From NCBI GenBank assembly GCA_937887565.1, contig CALABS010000012.1:57400-121399 (forward strand): DNA of 64,000 nucleotides, read 5' to 3'. The number at the start of each line of letters is the position of its first letter. Within the stretch, counting starts at the first letter, position 1. The stretch is from an uncultured Rhodospirillaceae bacterium (lineage in GTDB: Bacteria; Pseudomonadota; Alphaproteobacteria; Rhodospirillales; Magnetospirillaceae). The position numbers and the translations under genes were made by a program. This document shows positions 56,700-64,000 of this stretch, piece after piece. The notes below the pieces were generated by a model. That model was given only the letters and a program-made list of their open reading frames with translations, was not told the DNA's origin and made no database searches.

Positions 56700-58358
56700 G
56701 TGAATGCGTTCCTGCAGATGATGCGCGGCCTGGGGCCGATGCGGTTGGCGGCCATCGCGGGCGCCGGCGTTTCCATCCTGGGCTTCTTCATCTACCTGAT
56801 CAGCCGGGTCTCGTCGCCGCAGATGGAGCTGTTGTACGGCGAGCTGGACATGGCCGATTCCAAGGTCATCGTCGACAAGCTGGCGGCCGAGAAGGTGCCG
56901 TTCGAGATCCGCCGCGACGGCGCCGAGATCTGGGTGCCCAAGGACAAGAAGAACGAGCTTAGGGTGCGCATGGCCGAACAGGCGATGCCGTCCACCGGAC
57001 GCGTCGCCGGCTACGAGCTGTTCGACAACCAGGATGCCCTGGGCTCGACCAGCTTCCAGCAGAACATCAACTACGTCCGCGCGCTGGAAGGCGAGCTGGC
57101 GCGCACCATCCGCGCCATCGACAAGGTGAAGAGCGCCCGCGTCCACCTGGTGCTGCCCAAGCGCGAGGCCTTCGCCCGCGAGGCCAACGAGCCGTCGGCC
57201 TCGGTGATCCTCAAGATGCAGGGCGCCGCCCGGCTGGAGCGCGGCCAGGTGCTGGCCATCCAGCACCTGATCGCCGCCGCCGTGCCCAAGATGAAGCCGA
57301 CCCGCATCTCCATCGTCGACGACCGCGGCACCCTGCTCGCCAAGGGCATGGACAGCGACCAGGAGGTGGCGGCCCAGACCGCCGAGGAACTGAAGCTCAA
57401 CACCGAAAGCCGCCTCAGCCGCACCATCGAGGAACTGCTGGAGCGCTCGCTGGGCCCGGGCCGCGTCCGCGCCGAGGTCACCGTCGAGATGGACCTCTCG
57501 CGCGCGGTGATGACCGAGGAGACCTACGACCCCGAAAGCCGCGTGGTGCGCAGCCAGGTCACCGTCACCGAGGACGAGCAGTCGAGCGAGGGCGAGCCGC
57601 CGCCGGTGTCGGTGGGCCAGAACCTGCCCGACCCCAACGCGGCGCTGAACAGCAACACCCGCTCGTCGTCCAGCGCCAACAAGACGCAGGAGACGGTCAA
57701 CTACGAGATCTCGAAGAAGACCCGCAACATCGTGCGCGAGATGGGCGAGATCAGGAAGATCTCGGCCGCCGTGCTGGTGGACGTGATCCGCGAGAAGGGC
57801 GACGATGGCAATTTCAGCCAGCGTGAGCGCACCCCCGAGGAGCTGGCCCAGATCGAGGCGCTGGTGAAGTCGGCCATCGGCTTCTCCAGGGACCGCGAGG
57901 ACCAGGTCAAGGTCGCCCAGATGTCGTTCTACAAGGGCGACGAGATCGCCGACGACACCGAGCCGGGCGAATTCATCTTCGGCATGCGCCGCGACTTCGT
58001 CGAGAAGGTGGCCTCGAACCTGGGCCTGTCCATCGTCGCCATCCTGTTCCTGCTGCTGGTTCTTCGGCCGCTCATCAGCCGCGCCATCGAGAGCATGCAG
58101 GGCCAGGTCGGCCCCGACGGCCGCCGCATGATCACCGGCGAGGGCGGCGTGCCGCAACTGGCCGGCCCGGGCGGCATGCCCATGCCGGCCCCGGCGCTGG
58201 GCGGCGAGGAGGAGGTCATCGCCGACGAACTGATCGACATCGACAAGGTCGAGGGCCGCGTGAAGGCGTCGTCGATCCGCAAGATCGGCGAGATCGTCGA
58301 CAAGCACCCGGAAGAGGCGCTGTCCATCATCCGCAACTGGCTCTACCAAGAGAGCTGA
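56700..58358 (+). CDS. fliF: Flagellar MS-ring protein
   Basis: VNAFLQMMRGLGPMRLAAIAGAGVSILGFFIYL resembles alphaproteobacterial FliF N-termini, with YscJ/FliF family regions (LYGELDMADSKVIVDKLAAEKVPFEI) and a C-terminal TM. Start GTG 56700 preferred; the track start is TTG 56667. Confidence 0.85.
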   Translation: MNAFLQMMRGLGPMRLAAIAGAGVSILGFFIYLISRVSSPQMELLYGELDMADSKVIVDKLAAEKVPFEIRRDGAEIWVPKDKKNELRVRMAEQAMPSTGRVAGYELFDNQDALGSTSFQQNINYVRALEGELARTIRAIDKVKSARVHLVLPKREAFAREANEPSASVILKMQGAARLERGQVLAIQHLIAAAVPKMKPTRISIVDDRGTLLAKGMDSDQEVAAQTAEELKLNTESRLSRTIEELLERSLGPGRVRAEVTVEMDLSRAVMTEETYDPESRVVRSQVTVTEDEQSSEGEPPPVSVGQNLPDPNAALNSNTRSSSSANKTQETVNYEISKKTRNIVREMGEIRKISAAVLVDVIREKGDDGNFSQRERTPEELAQIEALVKSAIGFSRDREDQVKVAQMSFYKGDEIADDTEPGEFIFGMRRDFVEKVASNLGLSIVAILFLLLVLRPLISRAIESMQGQVGPDGRRMITGEGGVPQLAGPGGMPMPAPALGGEEEVIADELIDIDKVEGRVKASSIRKIGEIVDKHPEEALSIIRNWLYQES

Positions 58359-58379
58359 GGGGAGCGATAGGAAGGCACC

Positions 58380-59399
58380 ATGGCGCGCGTCAAGGAAGAC
58401 TATCGCAGCCTGACCGGTCCCCAGAAGGCGGCCATGATGATGCTGTCGTTGGGCGAGGAGCACTCGTCCAAGCTGTTCGGCATGATGGGCGACGACGAGA
58501 TCAAGGAACTGTCCCAGATCATGGCCAATCTGGGCACGGTGTCGTCCAACCTGGTCGAGCGCCTGTTCATCGAGTTCGCCGACCAGATTTCCTCCACTGG
58601 TTCGCTGGTCGGCTCGTTCGAGAGCACCGAGCGCCTGCTGATGAAGAGCCTGTCCAAGGACCGCGTCTCCTCCATCATGGAGGAAATCCGCGGTCCCGCC
58701 GGCCGCACCATGTGGGACAAGCTGGGCAACGTCAACGAGGCGGTGCTGGCCAACTACCTGAAGAACGAGTACCCGCAGACGGTGGCGGTGGTGCTGTCCA
58801 AGATCAAGGCCGACCACGGCGCCCGCGTGCTGTCGCAACTGCCCGAGAACTTCGCCATGGAAGTCATCATGCGCATGCTGCGCATGGAGGCGGTGCAGAA
58901 GGAGGTGCTGGACGGCGTCGAGAAGACGCTGCGCACCGAGTTCATGAGCAACCTGGCCCGCACCCAGCGCCGCGACGCCCACGAGATGATGGCCGACATC
59001 TTCAACAACCTGGACCGCAACGCCGAAAACCGCTTCATGTCCGCCCTCGAGGAGCGCAACCGCGAATCCGCCGAGCGCATCAAGAGCCTGATGTTCACCT
59101 TCGAGGACCTGGTCCGCATCGACGCCGCCGGCATCCAGACCCTGCTGCGCCAGGTCGAGAAGGACAAGCTGGGCATGGCCCTCAAGGGCTCGTCGGACGC
59201 CATCAAGGACCTGTTCTTCAAGAATATGTCCGAACGCGCCGGCAAGATGCTGCGCGAGGACATGGAGGCCATGGGCCCCGTCCGCCTGCGCGACGTCGAC
59301 CAGGCCCAGTCGGCCATCGTCGCCATCGCCAAGGAACTGGCCGCCTCGGGCCAGATCGTCATCTCCGAGGGCCGCGAGGAAGACGAGCTGGTGTACTGA
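58380..59399 (+). CDS. fliG: Flagellar motor switch protein FliG
   Basis: 339 aa with [40 protein letters not shown] and the C-terminal [25 protein letters not shown]. Confidence 0.92.
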   Translation: MARVKEDYRSLTGPQKAAMMMLSLGEEHSSKLFGMMGDDEIKELSQIMANLGTVSSNLVERLFIEFADQISSTGSLVGSFESTERLLMKSLSKDRVSSIMEEIRGPAGRTMWDKLGNVNEAVLANYLKNEYPQTVAVVLSKIKADHGARVLSQLPENFAMEVIMRMLRMEAVQKEVLDGVEKTLRTEFMSNLARTQRRDAHEMMADIFNNLDRNAENRFMSALEERNRESAERIKSLMFTFEDLVRIDAAGIQTLLRQVEKDKLGMALKGSSDAIKDLFFKNMSERAGKMLREDMEAMGPVRLRDVDQAQSAIVAIAKELAASGQIVISEGREEDELVY

Positions 59400-59400
59400 T

Positions 59401-60066
59401 ATGGCCAAACCGCAGAAATACATGTTCGACCTCGATTTCGACCACCCGACCCCCGCCGAGCCGCGGGCGACGGAGGCCGAGGTGGAACCGGAGGCGCCCG
59501 AGGAGCCGGAACCGCCGCCGCCGCCCACCTTCACCGAGGAGGAGCTGGCCATCGCCCGCGATTCCGCCTATGCCGAAGGCCGCGACTCCGGGCGCGCCGA
59601 GGCCATGGAGACGCTGGAGCAGGCGACCGCCGCGGCGCTGACCGCCATCACCGGCCACATGGATGCCCTATTCCGGCGCCAGGAAGAGGCCAACGACGCC
59701 AACGCCCGCAACGCCGTTCGCGTCGCCATGGCCGTCCTGCGCAAGATCCTGCCGGCGGCCTGCGAGAAGCACGCCTTCGACGAGGTGGCGAAGGTGATCG
59801 AGGAGGTCGTCGGCCACATCCTCGACGAACCGCGCATCATCGTCCGCCTGGCGGCGGCGCTGGTGGACCCGGTCCGCGACCGGCTGGAGGCGGTGGCCCA
59901 GGCCCACGGCTTCGAGGGGCGCGTGGTGGTGCAGGCCGACCCGCGTCTGGCGGCGGGCGACTGCCGGGTGGAATGGACCGACGGCGGCGCCGAACGCGAC
60001 CAGGCGCGGCTGATGCAGGAGATCGAGGCGGTGGTGGCCCGGGCGCTGGACCACGCCGCCGATTGA
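59401..60066 (+). CDS. fliH: Flagellar assembly protein FliH (export ATPase regulator)
   Basis: 221 aa lying between fliG and fliN. Acidic/Pro-rich N-terminus, helical centre, and a C-terminal domain with ...DCRVEWTDGGAERD. The call rests mostly on position and size. Confidence 0.6.
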   Translation: MAKPQKYMFDLDFDHPTPAEPRATEAEVEPEAPEEPEPPPPPTFTEEELAIARDSAYAEGRDSGRAEAMETLEQATAAALTAITGHMDALFRRQEEANDANARNAVRVAMAVLRKILPAACEKHAFDEVAKVIEEVVGHILDEPRIIVRLAAALVDPVRDRLEAVAQAHGFEGRVVVQADPRLAAGDCRVEWTDGGAERDQARLMQEIEAVVARALDHAAD

Positions 60067-60103
60067 GGTTCGTCGGCCCGGAAACGGGCCTTGGGAGGAT
60101 GAC

Positions 60104-60427
60104 ATGGGCGACTTCGAGCTGAACGACTTCAAGGCGGACGACGACGAGCCCCGGGACGACATTCCCGAGGCGCCGCGATCCGCCCGCGACCTCGAGGCGG
60201 TCTACGACATCCCCGTGCAGGTGTCGGCGGTGCTCGGCAAGGCCAGCATGCAGGTCAACCAGTTGCTCAAGCTGGGGCGCGGCGCGGTGGTGGAACTGGA
60301 CCGCAAGGTCGGCGAGGCCATCGACATCTACGTCAACAACCGGCTGGTGGCGCGCGGCGAGGTGGTGGTGGTCGAGGACCGCCTGGGCGTGACCATGACC
60401 GAGATCATCAAGACCGACCGCGGCTGA
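60104..60427 (+). CDS. fliN: Flagellar motor switch protein FliN
   Basis: IPVQVSAVLGKASMQVNQLLKLGRGAVVELDRKVGEAIDIYVNNRLVARGEVVVVEDRLGVTMTEI is the SpoA/FliN domain. Confidence 0.9.
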   Translation: MGDFELNDFKADDDEPRDDIPEAPRSARDLEAVYDIPVQVSAVLGKASMQVNQLLKLGRGAVVELDRKVGEAIDIYVNNRLVARGEVVVVEDRLGVTMTEIIKTDRG

Positions 60428-60458
60428 GCGTGAACCAGGGACGACGGGAGAGGGCAGG

Positions 60459-61835
<1,377 letters not shown>

Positions 61836-61868
61836 CCCGCCCCCACCCCAAGCGACGGATAGACAGCG

Positions 61869-63980
61869 ATGGCGGAAGGCGGACAGGCCACCAGGGACAC
61901 GGCGCAGGCGGCGCTCGGCCGCTTCACGACCGCCATGCGGCGGGGCGACGTGATCCTGGCCTTGGGCATCGTCGCAGTGCTGATGGTCCTCATCCTGCCC
62001 ATGCCGGCCTGGCTGCTGGACATGGGTCTGGCAGTGTCGATCACGTTCTCGGTGCTGGTGCTGATGGTCTCGATCTTCATCGAGAAGCCGCTCCAGTTCT
62101 CGTCGTTCCCCACCGTCATCCTGCTCGCCACCCTGATCCGGCTGGCGCTCAACCTGGCCTCGACCCGCCTGATCCTCGGCCACGGCCACGAGGGCGAGAC
62201 CGGCGCCGGCCAGGTGATCGCCGCCTTCGCCGGCTTCATCATGGAGGGCAACTTCGTCATCGGCCTGATCGTGTTCGCGATCCTGGTGATCGTGAACTTC
62301 GTGGTCATCACCAAGGGCTCGACCCGTATCGCCGAGGTGGCCGCCCGCTTCACCCTCGATGCCCTGCCCGGCAAGCAGATGGCCATCGACGCCGACCTGT
62401 CGTCGGGCCTGATCGACGAGGACTCGGCCAAGCGCCGCCGCTTGGAACTGGAGCTGGAAAGCAAGTTCTTCGGCGCCATGGACGGCGCTTCGAAATTCGT
62501 GCGCGGCGACGCCGTGGCCGGCCTGTTGATCACCTTCATCAACGTGATCGGCGGCATGATCGTCGGCATGGTCCAAAACGACCTCAGCTTCTTCCAGGCC
62601 GCCGACATCTACACCAAGCTGACCGTCGGCGACGGCCTGGTCAGCCAGGTGCCGGCCCTGCTGGTGTCGGTGGCGGCCGGCATCCTGGTCACCAAGGCCG
62701 GCGTCGAGGACAGCGTCGACAAGGCGCTGTACGTCCAGCTGGCCGGCTATCCCCGCGCCGTCGGCACCGCCGCCTTCCTGATCGGCTCCATGGCGGTGGT
62801 ACCGTCGATGCCGTTCCTGCCCTTCTTCCTCCTGGGCGGCGGCATGGGCGTGGCGGCCTATCTGCTGGACAAGGGGCAGCGGGCGCGGGCCGAGCGCGAG
62901 GTGCTGGAACAGCAGGAAAAAGCCAAGCAGGAGGCGCCGGTCGCCGAGGAGCCGATCTCGACGGCGCTCAGGATCGACAATGTCCGCCTGGAACTGGGCT
63001 ACGGCCTGCTGCAGATGATCAACAACCCCAAGGGAGTCAAGCTCACCGACCAGATCAAGTCGCTTCGCCGCGCCATGGCGTCCGACATCGGCTTCGTCAT
63101 GCCCAGCGTGCGCATCCAGGACAACATGCAGCTGCCGGCCAACACCTATGTCATCTTCGTCAAGGAGGTGGAATCCGGCCGCGGCGACCTGCGCCCCAAC
63201 ATGCTGCTGATCATGGACCCGCGCGGCGAGGAGATCACCTTGCCCGGCGAGAAGACCAAGGAGCCGACCTTCGGACTGCCGGCCATGTGGGTGGACGCGC
63301 AGAACCGCGAGGAGGCGCTGTTCCGGGGCTATACCGTGGTCGACCCGCCCACCGTGGTCACCACCCACCTGACCGAGGTCATCAAGGACAACATGTCCGA
63401 GCTGTTGTCCCATGCCGAGACCCAGAAGCTGCTGGACGAGCTGGACAAGGAGCACCAGAAGCTGGTGGCCGAGCTGATCCCGTCGCAGATCACCGTCGGC
63501 GGCCTGCAGCGGGTGCTGCAGAACCTGCTGTCCGAACGCATCTCGATCCGCGACCTCGCCACCATCCTGGAAGGCATCGCCGAGGCCTGCGCCCATACCC
63601 GCAACGTCACCATGATCACCGAGCACGTCAGGGCCCGGCTGGCGCGGCAGATCTCGGACGGCAACACCGGGCCGCAAGGCTACATCCCGCTGATCACCCT
63701 GTCGCCGGAATGGGAGCAAGCCTTCGCCGAATCCCTGGTCGGCCAGGGCGAGGAGAAGCAGCTGACCATGTCGCCCTCGGCCTTGCAGGAATTCATCACC
63801 CGGGTGCGCCAGACCTTCGAGCGCTTCGCCATGCAGGGCGAGACGCCGGTGCTGCTGACCAGCCCCGGCATCCGCCCCTATGTCCGGTCGATCATCGAGC
63901 GCTTCCGGCCCGTCACCGTGGTGATGAGCCAGTCCGAGATCCACCCGAAGGCCAAGATCAAGACGCTGGGGCAGATCTAA
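61869..63980 (+). CDS. flhA: Flagellar type III export apparatus protein FlhA
   Basis: 703 aa. N-terminal TM domain with FPTVILLATLIRLALNLASTRLIL and GNFVIGLIVFAILVIVNFVVITKGSTRIAEVAARFTLDALPGKQMAIDADL, plus the cytoplasmic C-terminal domain. Confidence 0.93.
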   Translation: MAEGGQATRDTAQAALGRFTTAMRRGDVILALGIVAVLMVLILPMPAWLLDMGLAVSITFSVLVLMVSIFIEKPLQFSSFPTVILLATLIRLALNLASTRLILGHGHEGETGAGQVIAAFAGFIMEGNFVIGLIVFAILVIVNFVVITKGSTRIAEVAARFTLDALPGKQMAIDADLSSGLIDEDSAKRRRLELELESKFFGAMDGASKFVRGDAVAGLLITFINVIGGMIVGMVQNDLSFFQAADIYTKLTVGDGLVSQVPALLVSVAAGILVTKAGVEDSVDKALYVQLAGYPRAVGTAAFLIGSMAVVPSMPFLPFFLLGGGMGVAAYLLDKGQRARAEREVLEQQEKAKQEAPVAEEPISTALRIDNVRLELGYGLLQMINNPKGVKLTDQIKSLRRAMASDIGFVMPSVRIQDNMQLPANTYVIFVKEVESGRGDLRPNMLLIMDPRGEEITLPGEKTKEPTFGLPAMWVDAQNREEALFRGYTVVDPPTVVTTHLTEVIKDNMSELLSHAETQKLLDELDKEHQKLVAELIPSQITVGGLQRVLQNLLSERISIRDLATILEGIAEACAHTRNVTMITEHVRARLARQISDGNTGPQGYIPLITLSPEWEQAFAESLVGQGEEKQLTMSPSALQEFITRVRQTFERFAMQGETPVLLTSPGIRPYVRSIIERFRPVTVVMSQSEIHPKAKIKTLGQI

Positions 63981-64000
63981 ATGAGGCTCAAATCCTTCAC

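Overview
High-GC chromosomal window, probably from an alphaproteobacterium: the fliF-fliG-fliH-fliN-flbD-flhA order and the mutA/mutB, pheST and rpmI-rplT context fit Rhodospirillales-like genomes. It has two parts. (1) Positions 1 to ~18000 are a visibly lower-GC accessory region. It starts with the end of a prophage lysis cassette (M15-family endolysin, then an overlapped i-spanin/o-spanin pair). Two bases later, convergent with the cassette, is the 3' end of a long minus-strand operon whose genes touch or overlap: HTH - dcm - vsr - drmD - drmMI - drmA - drmB - drmC. The last five genes match a complete class 1 DISARM anti-phage system (SNF2 helicase, N6-adenine methyltransferase, DExH helicase, DUF1998 protein, PLD nuclease). 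The dcm/vsr/HTH extension is not part of the canonical system and is the main point of interest. (2) Positions ~18000-64000 are core genome: B12-dependent methylmalonyl-CoA mutase (mutA/mutB); two near-identical cobalamin riboswitches; an ScfR/PrpR-like regulator; a class III ribonucleotide reductase whose glycyl-radical peptide is a separate 60-aa ORF, plus nrdG; a stretch of decayed gene remnants (metE 3' end, PrpB/ICL-like 3' end) with a (CCACT)9 microsatellite; a chemoreceptor, efflux, dehydrogenase and binding-protein genes; pheST, rplT-rpmI, two tandem PAS/GGDEF-like/EAL paralogs, ubiA, gloB, a GNAT-Nudix fusion; and a flagellar cluster (fliK-flgD-flgE, fliF-fliG-fliH-fliN-flbD-flhA). 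I recognised no rRNA, tRNA, CRISPR array, transposase or integrase. Functional calls rest on motifs read from the supplied translations and on gene order; no database search was possible. Internal start codons were chosen by counting residues from the ORF track and checking SD-like sequences, so starts may be off by a few codons.
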